A stretch of DNA of 64,000 bases from Niabella sp. (lineage in GTDB: Bacteria > Bacteroidota > Bacteroidia > Chitinophagales > Chitinophagaceae): assembly GCA_047606125.1 (NCBI GenBank), contig JASGEW010000131.1, positions 7,406 to 71,405 of the forward strand. The letters are read 5' to 3'. The position numbers and the translations under genes were made by a program. Shown here piece by piece: positions 48,746 through 58,695 of this stretch; position 1 is the first letter of the stretch, and the number at the start of each line of letters is the position of its first letter. The notes beneath the pieces are model-generated. The model saw only the letters and a program-made list of their open reading frames with translations. It did no database searches and was not told the origin of the DNA.

Positions 48746-49098
48746 TATTCTTTTTCGATCTCAATCCCTATCCTTCCTTCAAAACCGGTTATAGGCATCT
48801 GCAATTTATATAAACTCATTTTCAGTTTAACAATGGCAGGATACGCTTCCTTGATCTTTTTGGCAAGTTGCGAAAGAAAGGTTTCCAGCAATTCGCGCGG
48901 TTGCAGCATTTCGGTCTTAACTAACGCGTAAACATCAGCATAATTAATAGTCTCATCAATGTGCTCTACAACGGGCTTTGTTGAAAGAAATGAAACCGAA
49001 ATATTTAATTCGAACTCATTCCCCAACTTTTTTTCTTCTTCGTAGATACCGTGGTATGCGAAAAATTTTAATTTTTCAAGATGTAAGGTGATCAGCAT
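48742..49098 (-). CDS. folB: Dihydroneopterin aldolase
   Basis: 118 aa. Has FFAYHGIYEEEKKLGNEFELNI and INYADVY. Its stop codon overlaps the cdd stop convergently (CTAA). Confidence 0.85.
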   Translation of the reverse strand: MLITLHLEKLKFFAYHGIYEEEKKLGNEFELNISVSFLSTKPVVEHIDETINYADVYALVKTEMLQPRELLETFLSQLAKKIKEAYPAIVKLKMSLYKLQMPITGFEGRIGIEIEKEY

Positions 49099-49132
49099 AA
49101 AAAGTAGCGCCCCGGCATTTTAAGTTTACGAT

Positions 49133-50077
49133 TTATAATCCTTTTTCACTTAAATACCGTTCTGCGTCCAGAGCTGCCATACAACCACTGCCGGCAGCAG
49201 TTACCGCCTGGCGGTATGTTTTATCCTGCACATCGCCCGCTGCAAAAACACCCGCTATATTGGTTTTAGATGTTCCCGGGATGGTTTGTATATAGCCGGC
49301 TTCATCCATATCAATAAAATCCTTAAATATACCGGAATTGGGCTGATGGCCTATAGCCACAAAGAAAGCGCTTACCGGAATATCCGTTACTTCCTGCGTT
49401 TTATTATTTTTTATACGAACCGCCTCTACTTTATTTTTGCCTATCACATCCTGCGTTTCTGTATTGAAATATACTTTTATATTAGCCGTGTTCAGCACGC
49501 GCTCCTGCATAATCTTGCTGGCGCGCATCTCATCGCGGCGCACCAGCATGTGCACATGGGTACATAATTTTGAAAGGTACAGGGCTTCCTCTGCAGCCGT
49601 ATCGCCGGCGCCCACAATTGCCACTTCTTTTCCCTTAAAAAAGAAGCCGTCGCATACTGCACAGGCACTTACCCCAAAGCCGTTCAATCTTTCTTCTGAG
49701 GGTAATCCTAACCATTTGGCAGCAGCTCCCGTTGAAATAATTACGGCATCTGCTTCAATCAGCTTTTCATCATCAATCCATACTTTATGGGGGTGACCGG
49801 AGAAATCTACCTTCGTGGCAATGCCATAGCGAATATCGGCGCCCATACGTTTAGCCTGTTTTTCAAAATCGATCATCATTTCAGGCCCCTGCACACCATC
49901 GGCATACCCCGGATAATTTTCTACTTCCGTTGTAATGGTCAACTGGCCGCCGGGTTGTATACCCTGGTATAAAACCGGTTTCAGATTCGCGCGTGCCGAA
50001 TAAATAGCAGCAGTATAACCTGCCGGGCCAGATCCGATTATCAAACAATGTACTTTTTCTACGTTCTCTTCTGCCAT
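49133..50077 (-). CDS. trxB: Thioredoxin-disulfide reductase
   Basis: 314 aa. Has GSGPAGYTAAIY, the redox-active CAVCDG, and GAGDTAAEEA. Confidence 0.95.
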   Translation of the reverse strand: MAEENVEKVHCLIIGSGPAGYTAAIYSARANLKPVLYQGIQPGGQLTITTEVENYPGYADGVQGPEMMIDFEKQAKRMGADIRYGIATKVDFSGHPHKVWIDDEKLIEADAVIISTGAAAKWLGLPSEERLNGFGVSACAVCDGFFFKGKEVAIVGAGDTAAEEALYLSKLCTHVHMLVRRDEMRASKIMQERVLNTANIKVYFNTETQDVIGKNKVEAVRIKNNKTQEVTDIPVSAFFVAIGHQPNSGIFKDFIDMDEAGYIQTIPGTSKTNIAGVFAAGDVQDKTYRQAVTAAGSGCMAALDAERYLSEKGL

Positions 50078-50223
50078 AAATTAAAATCAATTTGAATAAC
50101 TACAAAAATAGAGGGAAAAGGTTTATTTTACCATCGCAATGCTGAATGATCATAAATTTTAAACCAGTTCATACTTTTGATGTTATATAAACCCATTATT
50201 CCAGACTAAAATATTCCGGACTT

Positions 50224-51792
50224 ATGCACCAATTCCCGTTTTATCTGATAGTGATCGTTTTTATCATGTTCCTGATCATGGTGGCCAAACGCATTAACGT
50301 TGCGTACCCGATTGTGCTGGTATTAGGCGGCCTGGCAGTCAGCCTTATTCCAGGCATACCTTCTATTGAGGTGGACCATGAGCTCATTTTCCTGGTATTT
50401 TTACCGCCGCTTTTATATGAAGCTGCCTGGTACACTTCCTGGAAGGAGTTCTGGCATTTTCGCCGTATTATCGGGAGTTTCGCATTCCTGATCGTTTTAC
50501 TGACCTCCCTGGTAGTAGCATGGGTAGCCAGCAGCTATATTCCCGGCTTCAGCCTGGCATTGGGCTTTCTGCTGGGGGGTATTGTTTCTCCGCCGGATGC
50601 TGTAAGTGCTTCTGCCATTATGAAATCGGTAAAAGTACCCAAATCGCTTGAAGCCATTATAGAAGGTGAAAGCCTGCTTAATGACGCTTCAAGTCTTATT
50701 GTTTTTCGATTTGCATTAATAGCTGTTGAAACAGGACATTTTATTTTTAAGGATGCCGCTGTAAGTTTTTTTTGGGTAATCCTGGCCGGCATCGCTATCG
50801 GCCTTATAGTCGCTTATCTTTTTTATCTGCTGCACACGCGCCTGCCAACAGATGTAAATATTGATATTGTGCTTACACTTGTGGCCCCATACGCCATGTA
50901 CCTCACGGCCGAAGCTTTGCAGGTGTCGGGTGTGCTGGCAGTAGTCAGCGGCGGCCTTTTCCTGTCTGCACGCCAGCACCGCATCATGAATAACAGCAGC
51001 CGGCTAAGGGCCGTCAGCGTATGGTCTGCGCTGGGGTTTGTGCTGAACGGACTGGTCTTTATGCTTATCGGTTTAGAGCTGCCTGTAATTGTTAACGGAT
51101 TGGGAGATGTGAGTTTGATCGACGCTATTGGATACGGTGCCCTGATAACGGCTGTGTTAATACTGGGTCGCTTATTATCGGCATACGGGTCGATAGCCTT
51201 TACGATTTTCATAAGTAAATACATCAGAACAGCCGGCAGACCCGACAACTGGCGTGTTCCTTTTGTTTTTGGATGGTCGGGGATGCGTGGTGTTGTATCA
51301 CTGGCTGCAGCATTATCTATACCGCCTGTTCTGAAGTCAACGGGGGCACCCTTTCCCCAGCGTGACCTGATCCTGTTTATCACTTTTATAGTGATATTGC
51401 TTACCCTGGTAATACAGGGGCTTACGATGCCATGGATCATCAGAAAAGCAAAACTCACCAAGGGTGCGGACCATTTATCTGAAGAAGAAGAAAACAAACT
51501 TATTTCTATGAAGCTCGCGGGTAAAAGCCTGGAATATTTAGAACATCGTTACGCAAAAGAGCTGGGCGCCCAGCCTGATCTGCAAAAGATTGCCGCTTCA
51601 TGGGCCGGTAAAAAAGAACAGGCCGAAAATGAAAAGCTCAATTCAGTTTGTACAAATGTTTACCTGGACATTATTAACAAGCAGCGGGACTGGCTGCACG
51701 AATGGAATAAGGATCTAAAAACCGATGAAGATGTTATCCGCCGGCAGCTCATGAAATTAGACCTGGAGGAGGAGAAACTGAAATATTCTTAA
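50224..51792 (+). CDS. Na+/H+ antiporter (CPA1 / NhaP-type) with a cytoplasmic C-terminal tail
   Basis: 522 aa with about 11-12 TM segments. Has ESLLNDASSLIVF and a GWSGMRGVVSLAAAL-type motif. Confidence 0.85.
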   Translation: MHQFPFYLIVIVFIMFLIMVAKRINVAYPIVLVLGGLAVSLIPGIPSIEVDHELIFLVFLPPLLYEAAWYTSWKEFWHFRRIIGSFAFLIVLLTSLVVAWVASSYIPGFSLALGFLLGGIVSPPDAVSASAIMKSVKVPKSLEAIIEGESLLNDASSLIVFRFALIAVETGHFIFKDAAVSFFWVILAGIAIGLIVAYLFYLLHTRLPTDVNIDIVLTLVAPYAMYLTAEALQVSGVLAVVSGGLFLSARQHRIMNNSSRLRAVSVWSALGFVLNGLVFMLIGLELPVIVNGLGDVSLIDAIGYGALITAVLILGRLLSAYGSIAFTIFISKYIRTAGRPDNWRVPFVFGWSGMRGVVSLAAALSIPPVLKSTGAPFPQRDLILFITFIVILLTLVIQGLTMPWIIRKAKLTKGADHLSEEEENKLISMKLAGKSLEYLEHRYAKELGAQPDLQKIAASWAGKKEQAENEKLNSVCTNVYLDIINKQRDWLHEWNKDLKTDEDVIRRQLMKLDLEEEKLKYS

Positions 51793-51843
51793 AGGGTTTG
51801 CATTTATCGGGAGACAATACAATATTCAATTCAATGAGTGTCT

Positions 51844-52632
51844 CTAATCTTTCAATGCATTCACAAAACCGCTAAACCGCAATATTTTCCCGCTATTCGC
51901 TTTATTGAACAATAAATGTTCAAAATCTCTTTGTTTTACTTTCAAATCTACAGACTTAAGACGTTCATTTGCTGCTTCTTTAAAATCTTTTAAATTGCTG
52001 ATACCACAACGTTTTGAAAGAAAATCATAATCAGGTTTTGTTTGCGATAATAAAAACATCAAATCATAAAAATCGCGTCCTTTGGAACGTGCTAACATAG
52101 CAGCAATTTTCATACTGCACAATACACCATCGGAAGGAACCGGGAACGGAAAGAAAAAACCGCAACCGCTTATATCAATAATGTTCGGTGCATATTGTAT
52201 ACCCTGGTCTTGACTTTCTACTTTTATTAAAAAGCGTTCTTCTTTATGCCCGCTCAATCCCATATCAAACAACAATTCGGGAAAATGAATATTGCGCCTG
52301 AATGCAGTAAGCCCGGAACTGCTTTTATCTTTGGTTTCCACCCGCCAGCCCGAACGTTCTAAAAACAAAATAATACTGTCAGTCATTTCCATAAATTCAG
52401 CCTCCGAAAAGTTTTTGCAATCAAAATCTATATCTTCAGAGAAACGGTCTATGCCTTTTACTAAGCGCAAATTTGTACCGCCGATGAAAACAGTTTTTTG
52501 AATATAGTGTGTAGATGATAGATAATCCAATATCATCAGCTGCAAATATTCCTTTAGACCCTGTTTATAAAAAACAGCATTATTACGTATTTGTGGTGGA
52601 AAGTAATTTTTTATTTGTTCTATCGTTATCAT
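51844..52632 (-). CDS. abiEii: Nucleotidyltransferase AbiEii/AbiGii-family toxin (DUF1814)
   Basis: 262 aa. Has FIGGTNLRLVKGIDRFSEDIDFD (nucleotidyltransferase GG...S.DID motif) and RDFYDL. Confidence 0.8.
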   Translation of the reverse strand: MITIEQIKNYFPPQIRNNAVFYKQGLKEYLQLMILDYLSSTHYIQKTVFIGGTNLRLVKGIDRFSEDIDFDCKNFSEAEFMEMTDSIILFLERSGWRVETKDKSSSGLTAFRRNIHFPELLFDMGLSGHKEERFLIKVESQDQGIQYAPNIIDISGCGFFFPFPVPSDGVLCSMKIAAMLARSKGRDFYDLMFLLSQTKPDYDFLSKRCGISNLKDFKEAANERLKSVDLKVKQRDFEHLLFNKANSGKILRFSGFVNALKD

Positions 52633-53246
52633 AAACCATGTACTTTAAAAAGAAGCTTTACTCTTTTGTCAAGCGCTTTGTTTTCAAAAGCTGAAAGATA
52701 TTCTGTTACTAATTTTTTGTTTAAGTCATTATGTAAATAATCTTCATCCAATCTTAATGTTTCCATTTCCTGCTCATTATTATAAAACGGATAGAGATAT
52801 AGTAAATCAAGTAAAGCTTTTGCAGGTGTTGCAAATTGCATAGTTCGTTTGCCTACTATTGGTTTTAATTCATAACCGAACATCAGCTTCTCTTTTACAT
52901 TGTTGTAAGCATATTCGCCAAAACCGTTGGTGAATGAAATGGTTTTTAGAGAGGTAACACTCGTAATTTGGGTTACCGCTTCGGGAATCATGCCATAAAA
53001 AGCTAATGCAGTATGCAGGCTGATATAAGAGGGACGATATATTCTGTTGGCAAAATAAAATGCGTAATCGCTTTTGTCCTTGTATTCGGGAAATGAAAAA
53101 TAGCCCTGTCGTAATCGAATGAGATAACCTTTCTTCGTCCAACGAGTAAGATTGTTTCTGTCAAAATCGGGTTTCCATGCATATACCTGATGGATAGTAA
53201 AGCACGCCAACGCAAACATTTTATTCTTAAATTCAAGAAAGTTCAT
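52629..53246 (-). CDS. abiEi: AbiEi-family antitoxin / transcriptional regulator (type IV TA)
   Basis: 205 aa. The N-terminal wHTH-like LTRWTKKGYLIRLRQGYFSF is typical of AbiEi. The stop overlaps the abiEii start (ATGA). Confidence 0.65.
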   Translation of the reverse strand: MNFLEFKNKMFALACFTIHQVYAWKPDFDRNNLTRWTKKGYLIRLRQGYFSFPEYKDKSDYAFYFANRIYRPSYISLHTALAFYGMIPEAVTQITSVTSLKTISFTNGFGEYAYNNVKEKLMFGYELKPIVGKRTMQFATPAKALLDLLYLYPFYNNEQEMETLRLDEDYLHNDLNKKLVTEYLSAFENKALDKRVKLLFKVHGL

Positions 53247-53252
53247 CTTAAT

Positions 53253-53294
53253 TTATTTCCATTTTGCAGCAAAAATAAAGCATTTTGGAAATAA
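53253..53294 (-). promoter_or_regulatory. Candidate abiE promoter/operator: 9-bp perfect inverted repeat TTATTTCCA-N24-TGGAAATAA bracketing a TATTTTTG -7 box
   Basis: Arms lie at 53253-53261 and 53286-53294. TATTTTTG (minus strand) lies at 53277-53270, about 24 nt upstream of the abiEi ATG. Confidence 0.35.
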
Positions 53295-53506
53295 AATGAC
53301 ATTACAATTATTCATCGAATTGGGAGAAGAAAGAATTTATGCAACTAATTTTCTACCCCTCTCTACCATTGCAAGGGGTCTTGCAAATCTATGTTGTAAG
53401 AATATAAACATTTAAAATAAACTTAAATTATATATAAAATAATATAATTAATTGATAATAATTGAAATAAAAATATTATATAAAATAAAATCAAGGCACC
53501 CTATTG

Positions 53507-55624
53507 TTAATTTTTAAACTCCATTCCAAGATTGTACATAACGAAGGACCATATATCTGCCGCCTCGTCAATTACCTTACCGGTTGGTTTTCCGGCACCA
53601 TGGCCTGCATTGGTTTCTATACGGATCAGCACGGGATTGTTGCCCTTATTATATTCCTGTAACCTGGCTGCAAACTTAAAAGAATGCGCAGGCACTACCC
53701 GGTCGTCATGATCACCGGTAGTAACCAGGGTAGCAGGATAAGAAACGCCTTTTTTGAGGTTGTGATAGGGAGAGTATTTATAGAGGTAAGGGAAATATTT
53801 TGCCGAATCGGAACTGCCATATTCAACAGCCCATCCCCAGCCAACCGTAAATTTATGGTAGCGCAGCATATCCATCACCCCTACCTGGGGAATAGCGACT
53901 TTAAACAGATCGGGTCTTTGTGTTATAGCGGCGCCTACCAATAACCCACCATTACTGCCTCCCCGGATGGCTATTTTGTTTTTGCCGGTATATTTATTTT
54001 TAATAAGGTATGCTGCTGCACCTATAAAATCGTCAAATACATTTTGCTTATTCAATAACATTCCAGCTTTATGCCATGCTTCCCCATATTCGTTTCCCCC
54101 TCTCAGGTTCACCACCACATAGATACCTCCCTGCTCTACAAAAAATGCATTGCTTACGCTAAAGCCCGGCGTCATGGGAATATTAAAACCACCATAACCA
54201 TATAAAAGCAGCGGGTTGTTCCCGTCTTTTTTTAATCCCTTTTTATAAGTAAGAAACATGGGCACTTTTGTACCGTCCTTACTCGTAAAAAACACCTGCT
54301 CTGTAATGATATCTGACGTATTAAGTTTTAATTCCGTTGTTTTATACAACTCCGATCTGCCGGAAGCTATATCGTATTTATATATCGAAGGAGGTGTTGC
54401 AAAAGATGAATAAGTGTAGTAAAATGCTTTGTCATCTCTGTCGGCTCCAAAACCACCGGCGGCCCCGATTCCGGGCAGTTTAATTTCCCGGGTCTGCTTT
54501 CCGTCGTAAGTATATTGGTAAACCCTGCTGGAAGCATTTTTCAAATAATTTGCAAATAAACTGCCGCCGCCGGTGCCTACCCCCAGCAGCACTTCGTTTT
54601 GTTCGGCTATTATTGTTTTCCAGTTCTCCCTTGCGGGTGTTTTCGGATCAACCAATACTACACGGTAATTGGGTGCATCGTAATTCGTTTTTAATAAAAG
54701 TGAGCCGCCATTATTATCTACTACGTCCGTTTCAGTATCAAATCCTTTCACCAGCAGTTTAAAATCTTTCTGGGAAATATCAGATAAATCCCTGTACCAA
54801 AGCTCGCTTCCGCTGGTACCTTCTGAAATACCCAGTATCAGGAAACGCTCGTCCTCCGTGAGGCTGCACCCGAAATAACGTTTCGGATGTTCTTTATCCT
54901 GATAAACCAAAGCATCCTGCGATTGTGCTGTTCCTAACCGATGATAATATACTTTCTGAAATTCATTTGCCTTGCTTAGCTTCGATTTTTCGTCGGGCTG
55001 ATCATAACCGCTGTAATAAAAACCTTCTTCTCCCTTCCAGGCAGCACCCCCAAATTTTGTCCATTCAATTTTGTCGCTTAACAGTTGTTTGCTTTCTACA
55101 TCCATCACAAACAACTCCGTCCAGTCGCTGCCGGCTTTGGCGATGGAATAGGCACATAGTTTGCCCGATTTATTAAATGATACGCCGCTAAGCGCTACTA
55201 TTCCTTCTTTGCTCAATGTATTGGGGTCGAGGAACACTTCCGGCGCATCGTCCAGTTTTTTTACACGATATAGTACCGCCTGGTTTTGTAAGCCGTCATT
55301 TTTGTAAAAATAATACCAATCCCCTTTTTTAAAAGGCGCTCCATATTTGGGATAATTCCACAACTGCTCCAGCTTTGCCTTTACCTTTTCCCTAAACGGG
55401 ATTTTAGCAAGGTATGCGTTGGTCACTTCATTTTCTTCTTTTACCCACTCTTTGGTATCGGCCGCATTATCGTCCTCCAGCCAACGGTAAGGATCTTCAA
55501 CTTTAGTTCCGAAGTAATCGTCAACAACTACCCTCTTTTCTGTAGCCGGATATTGTATCTGTGCCTGCATTTCTATTGCTGTTAAAAGTGCGAATATGGA
55601 TAATAATGGTTTCATCAGTATCAT
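53507..55624 (-). CDS. Prolyl oligopeptidase (S9A family), secreted
   Basis: 705 aa with a signal peptide. Has the N-terminal beta-propeller region DPYRWLED and the catalytic contexts GGSNGGLL (Ser), GDHDDRV (Asp) and AGHGAG (His). Confidence 0.9.
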   Translation of the reverse strand: MILMKPLLSIFALLTAIEMQAQIQYPATEKRVVVDDYFGTKVEDPYRWLEDDNAADTKEWVKEENEVTNAYLAKIPFREKVKAKLEQLWNYPKYGAPFKKGDWYYFYKNDGLQNQAVLYRVKKLDDAPEVFLDPNTLSKEGIVALSGVSFNKSGKLCAYSIAKAGSDWTELFVMDVESKQLLSDKIEWTKFGGAAWKGEEGFYYSGYDQPDEKSKLSKANEFQKVYYHRLGTAQSQDALVYQDKEHPKRYFGCSLTEDERFLILGISEGTSGSELWYRDLSDISQKDFKLLVKGFDTETDVVDNNGGSLLLKTNYDAPNYRVVLVDPKTPARENWKTIIAEQNEVLLGVGTGGGSLFANYLKNASSRVYQYTYDGKQTREIKLPGIGAAGGFGADRDDKAFYYTYSSFATPPSIYKYDIASGRSELYKTTELKLNTSDIITEQVFFTSKDGTKVPMFLTYKKGLKKDGNNPLLLYGYGGFNIPMTPGFSVSNAFFVEQGGIYVVVNLRGGNEYGEAWHKAGMLLNKQNVFDDFIGAAAYLIKNKYTGKNKIAIRGGSNGGLLVGAAITQRPDLFKVAIPQVGVMDMLRYHKFTVGWGWAVEYGSSDSAKYFPYLYKYSPYHNLKKGVSYPATLVTTGDHDDRVVPAHSFKFAARLQEYNKGNNPVLIRIETNAGHGAGKPTGKVIDEAADIWSFVMYNLGMEFKN

Positions 55625-55720
55625 TTTCAGTTTTCTTTAAAAATAAAACATTCAAAGTGTTTTACGCACACAATTTAAAATTTAATATATTTGGAGCTTA
55701 CAATTTTATAAAAACCAATT

Positions 55721-56941
55721 ATGCAACAAAGTATTTTAATTCTTGCCGCGGGTGGTCCTGCACCCGGCATTAATACAGTAATCAGTTCGGTGTCGAAAAT
55801 TTTTCTGAAAAGTGGCTTTAAAGTGATCGGATTGCACGAGGGGTACAAAAATCTTTTTACAGGAAAGGCTGCCACTGTTGATATAGATTTTGAATTGGCT
55901 GACAGCGTGCTTACCAGAGGCGGATCAGTACTGCGTATGAGCCGTTACAAACCAAAAGATGACGAATTTAAAACAGATTTTTTTGTTGAAAACAATGTAA
56001 AACTCCTGGTTACGATCGGGGGCGATGATACTGCTTCCACTGCTAACAGGATCTCTAAATTTCTTACAGAAAATAAATTCCCGGTACAAAATATCCACGT
56101 TCCGAAAACCATTGATAACGATCTTCCGTTGCCTGATAATGCTCCTACATTTGGCTACCAGAGCGCTACAGAAGAAGGTGTAAGAATTACAAAAACGGTT
56201 TACGAAGATGCCAAAACATCGGCCAACTGGTTTGTGGTTTCTGCCATGGGACGTGAAGCAGGCCACCTGGCGTTCAGCATTGGCGCCTCCTGCCATTTGC
56301 CTATGATCGTTATGCCGGAAATGTTTACAAAGGCGGAACTTAATTTTGAAAATATTACCCGCCTGATCGTTTCTGCCATTATCAAAAGGAAATTATTAGG
56401 TATTAGTTATGGTGTTGCTATTGTAAGCGAAGGTATTTTCCATTTCATGAGCGACGAAGTGATCAAATCATCAGGCGTACAATTTACATACGATGCTCAC
56501 GGGCACCCAGAGTTGGGAAATGTAAGTAAAGCTCATATTTATAATGTGCTGCTGCAAAATAAACTGAAAGAACTGGGCCTCGATATTAAATGCCGCCCCG
56601 TAGAGCTGGGTTACGAACTGCGTTGTTTGCCGCCTGCCGCTTTTGACCTGCAGTATTGTACCCAGTTGGGCACCGGTGTTAAGAAGCTTTACGACCAGGG
56701 ATTGACCGGTTGTGTGGTTACTGTTAACAATAAAGGCGAGATCAGCCCGTTATTTTTAAAGGACGTAACCGGCGAAAACGGTAAGGTAAAAACCAGGCTG
56801 GTAAATATTGAGGATGCAAAAACGAAATTGGTTATCGAAGACAATATGCAATATTTAACGGCGGACGATGTGGAAGCTGCAAAGCAATATGTGCAAAATC
56901 CTGAAGAATTTGTTTTTGCAAATATTTTAAACTGGAAATAA
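55721..56941 (+). CDS. pfp: 6-phosphofructokinase, probably PPi-dependent (diphosphate--fructose-6-phosphate 1-phosphotransferase)
   Basis: 406 aa. It has GGDDT (Asp where ATP-PFKs have Gly) and PKTIDNDL (Lys where ATP-PFKs have Gly), plus MGR. Confidence 0.8.
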   Translation: MQQSILILAAGGPAPGINTVISSVSKIFLKSGFKVIGLHEGYKNLFTGKAATVDIDFELADSVLTRGGSVLRMSRYKPKDDEFKTDFFVENNVKLLVTIGGDDTASTANRISKFLTENKFPVQNIHVPKTIDNDLPLPDNAPTFGYQSATEEGVRITKTVYEDAKTSANWFVVSAMGREAGHLAFSIGASCHLPMIVMPEMFTKAELNFENITRLIVSAIIKRKLLGISYGVAIVSEGIFHFMSDEVIKSSGVQFTYDAHGHPELGNVSKAHIYNVLLQNKLKELGLDIKCRPVELGYELRCLPPAAFDLQYCTQLGTGVKKLYDQGLTGCVVTVNNKGEISPLFLKDVTGENGKVKTRLVNIEDAKTKLVIEDNMQYLTADDVEAAKQYVQNPEEFVFANILNWK

Positions 56942-56956
56942 AAAATTAATAATGAG

Positions 56957-56989
56957 ATAAGAGCTGCATCATTTGCGGCTCTTATTTTT
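56957..56989 (+). terminator. Rho-independent terminator after pfp
   Basis: Stem ataagagctgc pairs with gcggctcttat (one G:U pair) around a 7-nt loop, followed by TTTTT. Confidence 0.65.
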
Positions 56990-57101
56990 ACAGTATTTTA
57001 AATAAGGAAAATAGCAGTCGGGCTACTTTGAATGTGGCGTATCGGCAACTTTATTAAAGTAAAGCAACTGCAATAATTATTATAAACAGATAAATATATT
57101 T

Positions 57102-58595
57102 ATGGCTAAAAAATTAGCATTAAAGAAGGCTGCACCGGTTCCTTTGCGGGAAATAGATCAGTCATTCGCCAGAACAAAAATAGTTGCCACAGTGGGGCCA
57201 GCATGTAATACTTACGAAAAATTACTTGAATTGGTAAGGACTGGTGTGAATGTTTTCAGGTTAAACTTTTCGCATGGTGAGCATGAGGAAAAGAAAAGGA
57301 TCATTGAATACATTCGTGAAATCATCCGCAAAGAAAAGATCCATGTGGCCATATTAGGCGATCTGCAGGGTCCCAAGCTCCGGGTAGGAGAAATTGAAGG
57401 CGGCGGCATGCCCGTAAAACCGGGGGATAAATTCATTTTTACCAGCCATAAAATTATAGGTAATAAGGACAAGCTTTATATACATTATCCCAACTTTCAT
57501 AAAGATGTAAAAGTGGGAAATAAGATAATGATTGATGATGGCAAGCTGGAAGTTATTGTAAAAAAGATCCTGCCCAATAACGATGTTGAGGTAGAGGTGC
57601 TCTTAGGCGGTTATATCTCTTCCAAAAAAGGTGTCAATCTTCCCGATACAAAAATTTCTTTGCCGGCACTTACAGCCAAAGACCTGACCGATCTTGATTT
57701 TATTATTAAGCAACAACTGGACTGGGTGGCTTTAAGCTTTGTGCGCCAAACAGAAGATATTAAAAAACTAAGAAAAATTTTAGATAAGAATAAAAGCAAA
57801 ACAAAGATCATTGCCAAGATAGAAATGCCGGAAGCTATTCCTAATATCAGGGATATTATCAATGCTTCGGATGGTATTATGGTTGCCCGGGGCGACTTAG
57901 GTGTAGAACTGCCGGTTGAAAAAGTACCGCTTATTCAAAAGAATATCATTAAAAAATGTATCCACAGAGCGAAACCTGTTATCGTTGCCACGCAGATGAT
58001 GGAAAGCATGATCGACCGTACCAAACCTAACCGCAGTGAGATTACCGATGTAGCTAACGCGGTACTGGAAGGCGCAGATGCCGTGATGCTAAGCGGGGAA
58101 ACCGCTACCGGTCAGCATCCGACGTTAGTGGTACAAACCATGCGTAAAATAATTTTAGAAATAGAGCGTACCGAATATAATTACGACTTGGATGAAGTGT
58201 TGCAGCCGCAGCCGCACTCTCCAACCCTTACCAGCGATGCTATTTGTTATAATGCCTGCAACCTGGCTAAAGATGTTGCTGCCAATGCATTGATTGGTAT
58301 GACACAAAGCGGTTATACCGGTTTTATGTTAAGCAGCTACAGGCCCAAGGTACCTTTGTATATTTTCACCAAACATGAAAGCCTCATCAACCAGATGAGC
58401 CTGGCATGGGGTGTTCGTGCGTTTTTATACGACGATGACCAGAGAGAGCTGGATACTATTTTTTCTGACCAGATCAATATCCTGAAAAGAAACGGCTCTT
58501 TGAAAAAAGGCGATATTGCAGTGAGCACCGGCAGCACTCCTGTTCATCTGAAAATACCTACCAATACCATTAAGATTACCAAGATAGAGCAATAA
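57102..58595 (+). CDS. pyk: Pyruvate kinase
   Basis: 497 aa. Has TKIVATVGPA, NFSHG, MVARGDLGVE and ATQMMESM. Confidence 0.95.
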   Translation: MAKKLALKKAAPVPLREIDQSFARTKIVATVGPACNTYEKLLELVRTGVNVFRLNFSHGEHEEKKRIIEYIREIIRKEKIHVAILGDLQGPKLRVGEIEGGGMPVKPGDKFIFTSHKIIGNKDKLYIHYPNFHKDVKVGNKIMIDDGKLEVIVKKILPNNDVEVEVLLGGYISSKKGVNLPDTKISLPALTAKDLTDLDFIIKQQLDWVALSFVRQTEDIKKLRKILDKNKSKTKIIAKIEMPEAIPNIRDIINASDGIMVARGDLGVELPVEKVPLIQKNIIKKCIHRAKPVIVATQMMESMIDRTKPNRSEITDVANAVLEGADAVMLSGETATGQHPTLVVQTMRKIILEIERTEYNYDLDEVLQPQPHSPTLTSDAICYNACNLAKDVAANALIGMTQSGYTGFMLSSYRPKVPLYIFTKHESLINQMSLAWGVRAFLYDDDQRELDTIFSDQINILKRNGSLKKGDIAVSTGSTPVHLKIPTNTIKITKIEQ

Positions 58596-58613
58596 CATCA
58601 GCTCTTATTCATT

Positions 58614-58652
58614 AAAAAAGCTATTTGATCTTAAGTCAAATAGCTTTTTTGT
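58614..58652. terminator. Bidirectional terminator between convergent pyk and the M60-operon end
   Basis: Stem agctatttga (58619-58628) pairs with tcaaatagct (58636-58645). It is flanked by an A-run on the left and a T-run on the right. Confidence 0.65.
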
Positions 58653-58695
58653 TTTCGAAAAATACTTTTAATTAACTACCACTATTCCTTTTCTT

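Noticed and set aside
50823-51497. 224-aa minus-strand ORF
   Set aside because: It is antisense to the Na+/H+ antiporter gene. Its composition (S/R/T/P-rich) is typical of a shadow frame of a hydrophobic membrane-protein gene.
53297-53416. 39-codon ORF (MTLQLFIELGEERIYATNFLPLSTIARGLANLCCKNINI) upstream of abiEi
   Set aside because: It has no ribosome-binding or promoter evidence and no recognisable family, and it lies in an AT-rich spacer where short ORFs arise by chance.
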